Assembly (NCBI GenBank): GCA_963822445.1
Contig: CAWGHO010000002.1
Coordinates: 1,920,001 to 1,984,000 of the forward strand
DNA from: an uncultured Acidobacteriota bacterium
Lineage (GTDB): Bacteria > Acidobacteriota > Thermoanaerobaculia > Gp7-AA8
Direction: 5' to 3'
DNA length: 64,000 nucleotides
The notes beneath the pieces were generated by a model. It had not been told where the DNA came from and made no database searches. It was given only the letters and a program-made list of their open reading frames with translations. Shown here piece by piece: positions 36,774 to 46,902 of the stretch (position 1 is the first letter of the stretch; each line of letters begins with the position of its first letter). A program made the translations under genes and the position numbers.

Positions 36774-37829
36774 ATGCGTGCGAAGGAAGACGGTATTCAC
36801 GCCACGAACAAGGACTTCGCCGGATACGACCAGGTCGAGAAACGCCAGACCTATCACCTCGCCGAATCGCCCGGCGAGGACGAGTTCGATGACGACTTCC
36901 GCATCCGCACGTGCGACATCGGCCGGTTCCTGAACGGCGACGCCGCTGACAAACGCGCCTTCGCGCGGGAGCTCGGACAGGCGCTTCGCGAAATCGGCTT
37001 TGCGATCCTCGAGGGACATGGCGTCGAGCCGTCGCTTTACGACGAAGCGGCGGACAATGTCGAAGCGTTCTTCACCTCGCTTTCACTCGAAGAGAAGATG
37101 CGCTTTCGCGCGCACCGGCATGGCTCGGTCAACCAGGGCTACTTTCCGATCCGGGAGACGAGCAACATGCATCCCGACCTCGTGGAGGGCTGGGTGTTCT
37201 GCCGTCGCGCTTTCAGCGAGCACGCGGCGGATTTCTGGCCGCTGCCCGATTACGAAAGCTTCTTTCAACGCCTCGTCGTCGCGCACGAGCCGCTGATCCT
37301 CCCGGTCATGCAGAGCCTTCTCATGGACCTCGGATGCGATCCGCATTTGTACGATCGCAAGCTCACCGGCACGAACGTCGGTCTCCGTCTGAACTACTAC
37401 CCGCCGATGTCCGACGACGACGACCAATCCGGCGCCGCCCGCCTCCTCGGCCACGAGGACGTCGACCTCTTCACGTTTCTCCCGGCACCGCGTGCCGAGG
37501 GCCTGCAGGTCCTCAATCGCCGCAACATGAAATGGGTTCGTCTCGACGCGCCGCCGGGTACGATCATCCTCAACACCGGCGATTACATGCAGCGCATCAG
37601 CAACGACGTTTATCCATCGACCACCCACCGCGTGAGCAAGCCCCGCGACGCGCAGCAGCGCCGCGAAGCGCGTGTTTCATTTCCGATGGCCGTCTACGTG
37701 TGGGAAGACGAAATCCTCGAAGTCCTGCCCTGCATCGAGAACCCGAAGTATCCGCCGGTGAAGGCCATCGAGTTCCACACCAGCATCACCAGCAAGTTCT
37801 ACGGCGACGATTACGCGGTCAAGGCGTGA
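36774..37829 (+). CDS. 2OG-Fe(II) oxygenase, isopenicillin N synthase family
   Basis: LRLNYYPP, HEDVD (HxD), NTGD, STTHRV, RVSFP. Confidence 0.88.
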   Translation: MRAKEDGIHATNKDFAGYDQVEKRQTYHLAESPGEDEFDDDFRIRTCDIGRFLNGDAADKRAFARELGQALREIGFAILEGHGVEPSLYDEAADNVEAFFTSLSLEEKMRFRAHRHGSVNQGYFPIRETSNMHPDLVEGWVFCRRAFSEHAADFWPLPDYESFFQRLVVAHEPLILPVMQSLLMDLGCDPHLYDRKLTGTNVGLRLNYYPPMSDDDDQSGAARLLGHEDVDLFTFLPAPRAEGLQVLNRRNMKWVRLDAPPGTIILNTGDYMQRISNDVYPSTTHRVSKPRDAQQRREARVSFPMAVYVWEDEILEVLPCIENPKYPPVKAIEFHTSITSKFYGDDYAVKA

Positions 37830-38955
37830 TTCCGAAGCGCATCGGCGAGAACAGCGCGATGTCGTGCGCGGTCCGCCCGTCGATGGCCAGCTCGGCGAGG
37901 ATCTCTCCGATCACGCTCGCGAACTTGTAGCCGTGTCCGGAGCACGGTGAGGCCACGATGACGTTCGCGTGGCGTGCGTGCGTGCCGAGGATGAAGTGAT
38001 GGTCGGGCGTGGTCGTGTACATGCAGGTCGTGGTGTGAAGTAGCGGACCGGCCAGCGACGGGATTCGCGAGACCCACGCGGCGCGGATCTGTTCGACTTC
38101 GCCATTCGATACGCTGCGGTCGATCGTCTCCGCCGTCGTCGGCTGCCCGCCGAAATGGAACCCGACCTTCACGCCACCCGGTGGCCCGTCCTGCGCCGGG
38201 AATCCATAGATCTGGCGTCCTCTCTCGAGCTCCCAGACGTAAATCGGAAAGTGATCCTCATGAAACGGCTCGATCCCGCCGATGGGATCGAACCAGTACA
38301 GCACCTGACGCTCGACGCGCAGCGGCAGGCCGAGGTCGGCGAGGAGCTCCGGCGCCCACGGTCCTGGTGCGAGCACGAGGCGCTCTGCTTCGTACGTCGC
38401 GCGTGATGTAGTGACGCGCACGCCGGATGAAGTCGCAGCCCAGAAGAGGACCGGCTCCTCGAATCGCAACTCGGCGCCACAGGCAGCAGCGCGTTGCAGA
38501 TGAGCGAGTGTGCTGCGCTCCGGATCGAGAAAGCCGGCCATCCGTTCGTACAGACCGACGGTTCCCGGCGCGGGCGTCATCGGCGGAAAGCGGCGTTTGA
38601 TCTCCGCCGCGTCCAGCACCTCGTGGTCGAGACCATGCATTTGCGCGCTGGCCAGGCTGCCGGTGAACACATCGCTTTCCGGTGTGCCGATCATCAGCCC
38701 TCCGGTGATGGTGAGCAGCGATGCCGGCGTATCGCGATCCAGTTGCCGCCACAACTCGTACGCGCGAAGGAGCAGCGGAACGTACGCGGGGCTCTCGAAG
38801 TAGGCCTGGCGGATGATCCTCGATCGTCCGTGGCTCGATCCGCGATCGTGGGCCGGAGTGTAGCGATCGAAGCCGAGAACGGAGGCGCCGCGCGCCGCGA
38901 GGTGTGCCGCGGCGGCGCTGCCCATTCCGCCAAGGCCGGCGACGATCACCTTCAT
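37819..38955 (-). CDS. solA: N-methyl-L-tryptophan/sarcosine oxidase
   Basis: GLGGMG, GSSHGRSRIIRQAY, CMYTTTPD, CSGHGYKF. Confidence 0.88.
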   Translation of the reverse strand: MKVIVAGLGGMGSAAAAHLAARGASVLGFDRYTPAHDRGSSHGRSRIIRQAYFESPAYVPLLLRAYELWRQLDRDTPASLLTITGGLMIGTPESDVFTGSLASAQMHGLDHEVLDAAEIKRRFPPMTPAPGTVGLYERMAGFLDPERSTLAHLQRAAACGAELRFEEPVLFWAATSSGVRVTTSRATYEAERLVLAPGPWAPELLADLGLPLRVERQVLYWFDPIGGIEPFHEDHFPIYVWELERGRQIYGFPAQDGPPGGVKVGFHFGGQPTTAETIDRSVSNGEVEQIRAAWVSRIPSLAGPLLHTTTCMYTTTPDHHFILGTHARHANVIVASPCSGHGYKFASVIGEILAELAIDGRTAHDIALFSPMRFGITP

Positions 38956-40439
38956 CGGTGGCGCATCACGCCCAGCGCCAGCCCCAGCGCGAGCGCGATC
39001 ATCGTCCACAGCACCAGCTCGTTCGGCGGCAATACGAAGATGACCGTGATCACGACGCACCAGACGATGGCCACGAAGTTGATCAGCGGGCCGAATCGTC
39101 CCAGGGACCACGGCGTCATCTCCCGCGGCAGGCGATTGCGGAAGTTCAGGTAGATCGGAATCACATACGCGAGATAGAGGGCGATGGTGCTGATCGACGT
39201 GACGACGTAAAACGCCGCGGCGTACAGGCAGAACAGCACTGCCAGCAGCGACGTCACGACGATCGCGTGCACGGGCGTGCCGTTGCTGCTCACGCGCTTG
39301 AGGTAGCGCGAGCCGGGCATGCCGTCGTCGCGGGCGAAGGCGTACCACATGCGGCCCATCGAGGTGACCGAGGCCAGGCCGCAGAGCCACATCGCGCCGC
39401 CGATGATGATGGCGATGGTGTTCGTGAGCGCGGGCGCGAGGTTGCGCTCGATGATGTGCAGGACGGGGTACGGGTGCGCGGTGGTCGTTGCGAGATCACC
39501 GTCCGGAATGCACCAGGTCAGCACTATCAGCATCACGTAGCCGACCACCGCGGAGACGGCGACGGAGAGAAAGATTCCCCACGCCGAATTGAGGCGAGCC
39601 ATCTTCGTCTCTTCCGCGACATGCGCCGACGCGTCATAGCCTGTGTACGTCCACTGCGCCTGCAGCAGCGCCAGCACGAACAGAAGTCCCATCGGTGCGG
39701 CGCGGTAAAGATCGGCAAGCGCGGGGATCAGGCGGAAGAGCGGCGAGGCGATCGATGCATCGGCGACGGCGAGCGTGCTGGATGCCGCGTACGCATCGAC
39801 GGTCGGCGCGAAGGAAAACAGGAAGGACGCTGAGTTGTGATGCTTGCCCAAGAAGGTCAGCAGCAGCACGATCGCCAGCACGCCGCCGATGTGCCACCAC
39901 ACGCTGATGTCGTTGAGCCGCGCGGTGAGGCGGATGCCGTAGATGTTGATCAGTACCTGCGGAATCATGATCAGCACCATCACCGCGACCTGGAAGTACC
40001 AGTTCGTGTAGTCGCCGGTCAGCGCGAAGATCCGCGTCGCCGCGCCGATGAGGTAGATCGCCGCGGCGATGTTGATTCCGGCGGTGATCGTGACCTGGCC
40101 GATCATGTTCAGCCACGCCGTGATCCACGCCCAGCGCGGCCCGCCGAGGCGTTGCGCCCAGAAATAGAGTCCGCCCGCCGTCGGATACGCGGATGCGATC
40201 TCGGCCATCGACGCGGCCACGGCCAGAGTGAAGAGACTCACCAGTGGCCAGCCGACCGAGTTGACGATCGGCCCGGCGAACTTCAGCCCGTAGCCGTACA
40301 GGAGCACCGCGCCGGTGAGGATGGAGATGATGGAAAAGGAGATGGCGAAGTTCGAGAAGCCGCCCATCTCCCGGAAGAGCTGCTGCCCGTAACCGAGGCT
40401 CTGGAGATAGCTCTCGTCGTCGTCGCGCGGTCTCGTCAT
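38952..40439 (-). CDS. amino acid permease (APC superfamily)
   Basis: FSNFAISFSIIS, YPTAGGLYFW, YTGYDASAHVAEET. Confidence 0.9.
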   Translation of the reverse strand: MTRPRDDDESYLQSLGYGQQLFREMGGFSNFAISFSIISILTGAVLLYGYGLKFAGPIVNSVGWPLVSLFTLAVAASMAEIASAYPTAGGLYFWAQRLGGPRWAWITAWLNMIGQVTITAGINIAAAIYLIGAATRIFALTGDYTNWYFQVAVMVLIMIPQVLINIYGIRLTARLNDISVWWHIGGVLAIVLLLTFLGKHHNSASFLFSFAPTVDAYAASSTLAVADASIASPLFRLIPALADLYRAAPMGLLFVLALLQAQWTYTGYDASAHVAEETKMARLNSAWGIFLSVAVSAVVGYVMLIVLTWCIPDGDLATTTAHPYPVLHIIERNLAPALTNTIAIIIGGAMWLCGLASVTSMGRMWYAFARDDGMPGSRYLKRVSSNGTPVHAIVVTSLLAVLFCLYAAAFYVVTSISTIALYLAYVIPIYLNFRNRLPREMTPWSLGRFGPLINFVAIVWCVVITVIFVLPPNELVLWTMIALALGLALGVMRHR

Positions 40440-41536
40440 TTCTTGTGGAGCACTACTTTGCCACGAGAGACGACGAGAACGGGTGATCGAAGAGTGGTGA
40501 TGTCGGCCAGCGGATCGCCGTTCACCGCGACCAGGTCTGCCGAGCCGCCCGGCTCGATGCGTCCGATCTCGCGAATGCGCAGGAGCCGCGAGGCATGCGT
40601 GGTCGCGGAGCGGATCGCCTCGAGTGGTGAGAGTCCGACTTCGACGAGCGCTTCGAGCTCCGCGGCGTTCTGCCCGTGCGGAAGCACGGTTGCATCGGTG
40701 CCCAGGACGATCGGCACGCCGGCGCGCACGGCCGCGGCGATGTTCGCGTAGGTGCGAGTCTTCGCATTCGGACGTGACGCGAGGCGGGCCAGCGTCGGTA
40801 CGAGCACGACGTTGCGCTCGCGCATCAGCTTCGCGGTTTCGGGATCGATGAGACCTCCATGTTCAATCGAGTCGACTCCCGCTTCGACAGCGTTGCGGAT
40901 CGCACGCGGTCCCTGGGCATGCGCCGCGACCCGCACCTTCAACACTCGGGCGTCGCTCACGATCGCGGCTAGTGTCGCTGGATCGGTTTCAATGCTGTCC
41001 GCGTCCGCCGGTCCGCCGACCACGCCGCCGCCCGCGCACACTTTGATCCACGTCGCACCGAGCTCTCGGACCTGTGCCCGCACTTTTTCGCGCGCGTCGT
41101 CGGGGCCGGTCACGATCGCCGCATCGCCGAAAGTCTTGTGGCAGATTCCATCGCGCGGGCCGAGGCCGGGGCCGGAAAAGACGACGCGCGGCGCGGCGAA
41201 GCGGATCGGCTGCGCTGCATTTGAGCCGAGGTTGCGCACGGTGGTGAACCCTGCTTCGACGGTCGCGCGTGCAGCCTCGTCGCCGGCAGCGCCGCTCCAG
41301 ACGAGATGGACGTGGGCATCGATCAAACCAGGGAGAAGCGTGGGAACGTGGATCGCGCCGTTCGGAGCACGTCCCGTTTTCACGGAGACGATCCGGTCGC
41401 CGTCGATGGTCACGATCGCGTTCTCGAGGTACCGGCCCGACTGGACGTCGAGCATCCGGTCCGCCGCGATCACCAATCGATCGCCGGGCGACGTCGCGCA
41501 CGCGCAAAACAAAAGCAGCGCGACTGCGATCCTCAT
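40436..41536 (-). CDS. metal-dependent amidohydrolase
   Basis: PGLIDAHVH, AAHAQG, SIEHG, GTDA. Confidence 0.88.
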   Translation of the reverse strand: MRIAVALLLFCACATSPGDRLVIAADRMLDVQSGRYLENAIVTIDGDRIVSVKTGRAPNGAIHVPTLLPGLIDAHVHLVWSGAAGDEAARATVEAGFTTVRNLGSNAAQPIRFAAPRVVFSGPGLGPRDGICHKTFGDAAIVTGPDDAREKVRAQVRELGATWIKVCAGGGVVGGPADADSIETDPATLAAIVSDARVLKVRVAAHAQGPRAIRNAVEAGVDSIEHGGLIDPETAKLMRERNVVLVPTLARLASRPNAKTRTYANIAAAVRAGVPIVLGTDATVLPHGQNAAELEALVEVGLSPLEAIRSATTHASRLLRIREIGRIEPGGSADLVAVNGDPLADITTLRSPVLVVSRGKVVLHKK

Positions 41537-41934
41537 CGCCGCCTCTCATCCCACGACGGTTTGCCCGCGCCGTGAATCAGGAAGCCGATCGATGCGAACA
41601 ACATGATCAACGCGAGTGCGGCCGGCGGATAGCCACCGGCGCGATGGGCGATGAGGATGGCGCAGATGAAGTTGATGATCATCACCAGCGCCGCCGGCCG
41701 GATGAATGCGCCGAGGATGAAGAGGATGCCGCAGAGGAACTGCGCGTAGGCGGAGACATGCGCGGCGATGAGCGGCCACGGCGTGCCGCGCGCGGCGAGG
41801 AAGTCCCGGAACTCCAGCATTCGCGCGTAATCGAAGATGTTGTCGGCCGTGCCGTAGATCAGATGGAAGCCGATGATCAGGCGGATGAAGAACAGGCCGT
41901 ACTCGCGGCGCCGCTCCAGCCAGTCGTATCGCAT
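41533..41934 (-). CDS. DoxX family protein
   Basis: RLIIG, AQFLCGILFILG, GAGKPSWD. Confidence 0.82.
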   Translation of the reverse strand: MRYDWLERRREYGLFFIRLIIGFHLIYGTADNIFDYARMLEFRDFLAARGTPWPLIAAHVSAYAQFLCGILFILGAFIRPAALVMIINFICAILIAHRAGGYPPAALALIMLFASIGFLIHGAGKPSWDERRR

Positions 41935-41943
41935 GACGGCACG

Positions 41944-43101
41944 TTACTCGATGGCCGCGATGACCCTTGCAACCACTCCGTCAACAGCCTTGCCGCTGAT
42001 CCAGCGCAGGACGATCACCAGATCGTTCTTCGGATCGACGTAAATCGCATTCTGTCCGGCCCCCAGATGCACCCAGGCCTCGGTCGGCGCGCTGGGAAAC
42101 ATCTTGCGATCGGTGTTGAGGAAGTAGTTCATGAAGCCGTAATCGGTTTGCGCCGTCGTCGGCGTGGTTGCGTTGCGAATCCAGTCTTCGGACAGGATCT
42201 GCTTGTCGTTCCAGCGTCCGCGCCGAAGGGTCAGCAGGCCGAATCGCGCCATGTCGCGAGCGTTGATCATCATTCCGCCGCCCCAGTGCGCGCCGCCGCT
42301 CATCGACTGCACGGCCTCGCCGTCGAGCAGCACCCAGGAGTTGTCGTAGCCGTACCAGCGCCAGGTTCGCGACGCGCCGATCGGATCCATCACGTATTCG
42401 CGCAGCACCTGCGGCAACGGCCGGCGCCAGACATTCAGGATCGCCAGCGCGAGCAGGTTCACGCGCGTGTCGTTGTATTCGTAGACCGTCCCCGGCGAGT
42501 GACGCGCGCGTTTGAGCTCCGCCGCGAGATCCTGCGCGGGCCGGTCGGCCCAATCGGGTTTGCCCCACAGCGTGACGCTCCAGTCGGACGTCTGTCGCAG
42601 CATGTGCTCCCAGGTGATGGTCTTCGCGTGCGGTGACTCGAAGAGATCGACGAGCTGGCCTTTCCTCGCGCCTTGCTCGCCGAGGATGTAGACCGGCGGA
42701 ACGGCGTCGGCGACGCGGTCGTTGAGCGCGATCATCTTCCGATCGACGGCCAGGCCGACCACGGTCGAGAGGAAGCTCTTGGTCACGCTGAAGGTGATGT
42801 CGACGCGGTCGGGCTCGCCCCACTCCGCGACGATGTAGCCCTTGTGCACTATGATCCCGGTCTGATCGCCGCGCGTGCGATACGGCCCGACCGTCTCGCT
42901 GAAAGGCTCGCGCCCGAACGCGCCGAGATAGTGCGCTTGCTCGAGATCGCGGGGCTCGGGATGCTCATTCGCTTTTGCGAACGCGATCGCTTCGTCGATC
43001 TTCGCGGGCGGCGTGCGCCGTTCCCACGTCGTGCCTGGCCAGTAGGTTTGCGCATAAAGTTGCGGCGTCAGAACGAGGACGAGAGCGAGCGCATATTTCA
43101 T
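41944..43101 (-). CDS. serine hydrolase (beta-lactamase-like), secreted
   Basis: SVTK (SxxK), YEYND, HLGAG; signal peptide MKYALALVLV. Confidence 0.87.
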   Translation of the reverse strand: MKYALALVLVLTPQLYAQTYWPGTTWERRTPPAKIDEAIAFAKANEHPEPRDLEQAHYLGAFGREPFSETVGPYRTRGDQTGIIVHKGYIVAEWGEPDRVDITFSVTKSFLSTVVGLAVDRKMIALNDRVADAVPPVYILGEQGARKGQLVDLFESPHAKTITWEHMLRQTSDWSVTLWGKPDWADRPAQDLAAELKRARHSPGTVYEYNDTRVNLLALAILNVWRRPLPQVLREYVMDPIGASRTWRWYGYDNSWVLLDGEAVQSMSGGAHWGGGMMINARDMARFGLLTLRRGRWNDKQILSEDWIRNATTPTTAQTDYGFMNYFLNTDRKMFPSAPTEAWVHLGAGQNAIYVDPKNDLVIVLRWISGKAVDGVVARVIAAIE

Positions 43102-43546
43102 GGGTGAGATTGTCGCGATCTGGATCAAGCGCTTCAAACGTGGGCCGATGGATCCCGTCAACGAAGCGGAAGCGGTGCAGGGCCGCGGGCTGAAGAACAA
43201 CGCCAACCAGGGCGGGAAGCGCCAGGTCACGCTCATCGACGAATCGCGCTGGCGCGAGGCCCAGGACCAGCTCGGAATCGAGGTCGATCCTCGGGCGCGA
43301 CGCGCGAACGTGATGCTGCGCGGCATCGATCTCGAGCGCACCAACGGCCGACTGCTCCGCATCGGTGAATGCGTCGTCAGGATCTACGGCGAGACGCGGC
43401 CGTGCGAGCAGATGGAAGAGGCGCAGGCCGGCTTGCGCGAGGCGCTCAGGCCGCGCTGGCGCGGAGGCGCGTTCGCGGAGGTCGTGACCAGCGGAGCGAT
43501 TCGCGTCGGCGACCGGGCGGAATGGGTGAGCGACGACCTCTTCTGA
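43100..43546 (+). CDS. MOSC domain protein
   Basis: RQVTLI, RRANV, ETRPCEQM, GAIRVGD. Confidence 0.85.
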   Translation: MGEIVAIWIKRFKRGPMDPVNEAEAVQGRGLKNNANQGGKRQVTLIDESRWREAQDQLGIEVDPRARRANVMLRGIDLERTNGRLLRIGECVVRIYGETRPCEQMEEAQAGLREALRPRWRGGAFAEVVTSGAIRVGDRAEWVSDDLF

Positions 43547-43599
43547 TATCTTCACGATTAACGTCCAAAAATTGTCCCCGCCAACACAGGAGGCGCTGT

Positions 43600-46578
43600 A
43601 TGCGTAGTTCGTCCTCTCTCCGGCCGGTTCTCGTTCTCCTCACCATCCTCGCGGCTTCGTTCGCACTCGCACAATCCCAGGCAACCACCGGCGTCATCGA
43701 GGGCATCGTCACCGATTCCAGCGGCGCGGTGCTTCCCGGTGTGACGGTGACACTGCGGAACACGGCCACGAATTTCGACCAGGTCCAGGTCACTGATTCC
43801 GGCGGCCGTTTCCGCGGAGTCCTCCTGCCGCTCGGGCCCTACGAGATCCGCGCGTCGCTGGAAGGCTTCGCCCCGCAGCTCGTCCGCGGCGTCGACCTCG
43901 GCGTCGGCCAGACCCGCACGGTCGACATCAAAATGTCGCAGGCCGCGGTGTCCGAGGAGCTCGTGGTCACGGCCGAGGCGCCGCTCATCGAGACTGCTCG
44001 CACCGAAGGGGCGACGCGGTTGAACGAAGAGGCGATGTCCGATCTGCCGAACAACGGCCGCAACTTCCTGGAGATGACCAAGCTCACTCCCGGCGTCACG
44101 ATCGTCCAGGGTCCCGACGGCGACGAATTGTCCATCAACGGGCAGAAAGGCATCTCCAACAACATCTCCGTCGACGGCGCGGACTTCAACAATCCGTTCT
44201 TCGGCGAGCAGCGCGGCGGGCAGCGGCCGGCGTTCACCTTCAACCTCGATGCGGTGAAGGAAATGGTCGTCGTCGCCGACGGCGCGAACGCGGAGTTCGG
44301 GCGTTCGCAGTCGGGCTTCGTGAACGTCATCACCAAGTCGGGTACCAACGACATGATGGGTACCGCCCACGCCGTGTTCAAGCAGGATTCACTGTCGTCG
44401 GATCCGAAAACTCCGGACGGCGGCACTGCGCCGTACGAGTTCGACCAGACCCAGTTCGGTTTCACGTTCGGCGGCCCACTGATCCGCGACCGGTTGTTCT
44501 ACTTCACCGCGTTCGATTTCCAGGACGCGTCGTCGACCAAACAGACAGACCCGAACCGCATCGAAGCGGCGGTCGTGGCCGAGTTGGCGAAGCTCGGATC
44601 GCCCAACGAGAATGGACCGATCGAGCGCACCAATGACGCACGCGTGCTCCTGATCAAGACCGACTGGAACGCCAGCGCGCGCAGCCTGGCCACGCTCCGC
44701 TACAACTACACGTGGTCCGAGCAGGTCAACGGCACGTTCGACGTCGACTCGTGGGGCCGCAGTGCGAACGCCATCGAGAAAGATCACTCGCACGCTGTCA
44801 GCGGCTCGTTCATCTCGACGCTGCAGAGCAATCTCCTGAACGAGTTTCGCTTCCAGTGGGCGCGCGAGGATCGACCGCGCCCATACAACGGGCCGAACAT
44901 CACCGGGCAGAACCGGCCGCTGCCCGACACCGCGTTCGACTTCACTCCGGGTCACGAAAAGCGCTTCGGTATGCCGTTCTTCATCCCGGTCGAGTACTAC
45001 GACACGCGCATCCAGTTCAACAACAACGTGTCCTGGCTGCGCGGAGCGCACTCGATCAAGGCTGGCCTCGAGTTCAACCGCGTGAACTCGGTGCAGACCT
45101 TCCTCGGGTTCGCGAACGGCCGCTACATCTTCGACTCCATGGAAGGCTTCCTGGACGATGTGCAGAACCGCACGAACAATCACGTGCTGCTCTATCTGCA
45201 GCAGGCCGGCGTCGGCAACATCTCCGTGGAGGAAGCGGGAACTCAGAGCATTCCGCAGACCGAGCCCGGAGTCTTCATTCAGGATTCCTGGCAAGCGACT
45301 CCGAACCTGAACGTGCAGTACGGACTCCGCTGGGAAGCGCAGCTCCAGCCTGACCCGATCACCGACCCGGACGAGGTCTTCTACGCGCCCTTCATCGGCA
45401 CCACGCGTGGCGGCGTGGAGTTCCCGTCGGACGGAACAGTCCCGTCAGATACCAGCATGTGGCAGCCCCGCTTCGGCATCTCCTGGAATCCGAGCGGCGA
45501 CGGACGGAAGGTGCTGCGCGCGAATGCGGGCATCTTCTACGGACGCATCCCGGGACTGGCTCTGGCGTCGTCGCGCTCGACGAACGGCAGCCGCGGCCAG
45601 ACGATCTTCCGCAGCAGCGTGGTGAACTTCGATGGCTGTCTGCCGATCTATCCGAACAAGCTCGAGGCCAGGTGCATCGGCGAGCCGGACCATCCCGACG
45701 TCTTCGTGTTCGACAAGGACTTCCAGAATCCCCGCACGACCTCGGCGTCCGTCTCCTGGGAGCAGGAGGTCATTCCGGAGTATGCCCTCCTGGTCAAGTA
45801 CAACTACGCCAAGGGCTCGCACATCACGCGCTTCCTCAACGGCAACGATCGCCTGCTGTGGGACGGCGAGCCGGAGGATTGCTCGTTCGCATGCGGACCG
45901 TTCAGCAGCGGGCTGGGCGCGAGCGGTGGCAACGGCGTCGGTGCCCTCACCGTCGTGAGCTCGACGGCGAAGAGTCTCTATCACGGCGTGACACTCGGCG
46001 TGACCAAGCGCCCCTCGCACAATCTGCAGTTCCAGGCGTTCTACACGTATTCGAAAGACAAGTCGGATGACGACAACGAGCGAGATCCGTTCTCGTTCCG
46101 CTACGCGAAGATCACGGATCTCGACGCGGAGTACGGCTACTCCGACCGCGATCAGCGGCATCGCGTGAACAGCTGGCTTCTCTGGAACGCCCCGATGGGC
46201 TTCGAAGTGAACTTTCGCTACTCGTATCGTTCCGCGCAACCGAAGTCGATCACGGCCTCCGGCGCCGATGCGGCGACGCCTCAGGACCGTTGTTCGTCGA
46301 GGTTCGCAGACGGCTCGTGCAAGGACGACGCGATCGTTACCCGACGCAACCTCGGCCGCAAGGACAATCAGTACTCCTCGCTCGACGTGCGCGTGTCGAA
46401 GCAGTTCGCTGTCGGCGGCGTAACGGTAGAGCCGGCGATCGACGTCTTCAATCTCATGGACAGCGAGAACTTCCGGCGCCCCGAAGTGACGAGCCTCGTC
46501 TTCAACTTCGACGGTACCGTGCAAAGTGGCGCCGGCGATCCGCGGCAGATGCAGCTCGCGCTGCGCGTGATCTGGTAG
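43600..46578 (+). CDS. TonB-dependent receptor, Oar-like, with carboxypeptidase-regulatory N-domain
   Basis: DSSGAVLPGVTV, LPNNGRNF, AEFGRS.GG-like plug, PRQMQLALRVIW terminus. Confidence 0.9.
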   Translation: MRSSSSLRPVLVLLTILAASFALAQSQATTGVIEGIVTDSSGAVLPGVTVTLRNTATNFDQVQVTDSGGRFRGVLLPLGPYEIRASLEGFAPQLVRGVDLGVGQTRTVDIKMSQAAVSEELVVTAEAPLIETARTEGATRLNEEAMSDLPNNGRNFLEMTKLTPGVTIVQGPDGDELSINGQKGISNNISVDGADFNNPFFGEQRGGQRPAFTFNLDAVKEMVVVADGANAEFGRSQSGFVNVITKSGTNDMMGTAHAVFKQDSLSSDPKTPDGGTAPYEFDQTQFGFTFGGPLIRDRLFYFTAFDFQDASSTKQTDPNRIEAAVVAELAKLGSPNENGPIERTNDARVLLIKTDWNASARSLATLRYNYTWSEQVNGTFDVDSWGRSANAIEKDHSHAVSGSFISTLQSNLLNEFRFQWAREDRPRPYNGPNITGQNRPLPDTAFDFTPGHEKRFGMPFFIPVEYYDTRIQFNNNVSWLRGAHSIKAGLEFNRVNSVQTFLGFANGRYIFDSMEGFLDDVQNRTNNHVLLYLQQAGVGNISVEEAGTQSIPQTEPGVFIQDSWQATPNLNVQYGLRWEAQLQPDPITDPDEVFYAPFIGTTRGGVEFPSDGTVPSDTSMWQPRFGISWNPSGDGRKVLRANAGIFYGRIPGLALASSRSTNGSRGQTIFRSSVVNFDGCLPIYPNKLEARCIGEPDHPDVFVFDKDFQNPRTTSASVSWEQEVIPEYALLVKYNYAKGSHITRFLNGNDRLLWDGEPEDCSFACGPFSSGLGASGGNGVGALTVVSSTAKSLYHGVTLGVTKRPSHNLQFQAFYTYSKDKSDDDNERDPFSFRYAKITDLDAEYGYSDRDQRHRVNSWLLWNAPMGFEVNFRYSYRSAQPKSITASGADAATPQDRCSSRFADGSCKDDAIVTRRNLGRKDNQYSSLDVRVSKQFAVGGVTVEPAIDVFNLMDSENFRRPEVTSLVFNFDGTVQSGAGDPRQMQLALRVIW

Positions 46579-46586
46579 GTGTAGCG

Positions 46587-46883
46587 ATGTTCGTGATTCG
46601 CGATGTCTTCCGTTGCAGGCCGGGAAAAGCCAAAGAGCTGGTCGAGAAATTCAAGCAGACGCTTGCTTCGACCGAGGAGAACGATGGGTTCAGGAACTCG
46701 CGGATCATGGTCGACGCCGTGGCCGAGTACTGGACGGTCGTGATCGAGGCCGACTGCGAAAAGCTGGAAGACTTCGAAAAGCACATGCGCGAGTACGGCA
46801 CGCGTCCCGAGGTTCGGGATGCGATGCAGGGCTACATGGATCTGGTGGTCGAAGGACGCCGGGAGATCTTCCGGATCGTCTGA
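46587..46883 (+). CDS. NIPSNAP-like small protein
   Basis: RDVFRCRPGKAKELV...GRREIFRIV. Confidence 0.65.
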   Translation: MFVIRDVFRCRPGKAKELVEKFKQTLASTEENDGFRNSRIMVDAVAEYWTVVIEADCEKLEDFEKHMREYGTRPEVRDAMQGYMDLVVEGRREIFRIV

Positions 46884-46902
46884 TCCGGAAGATCGTTCCC
46901 GT

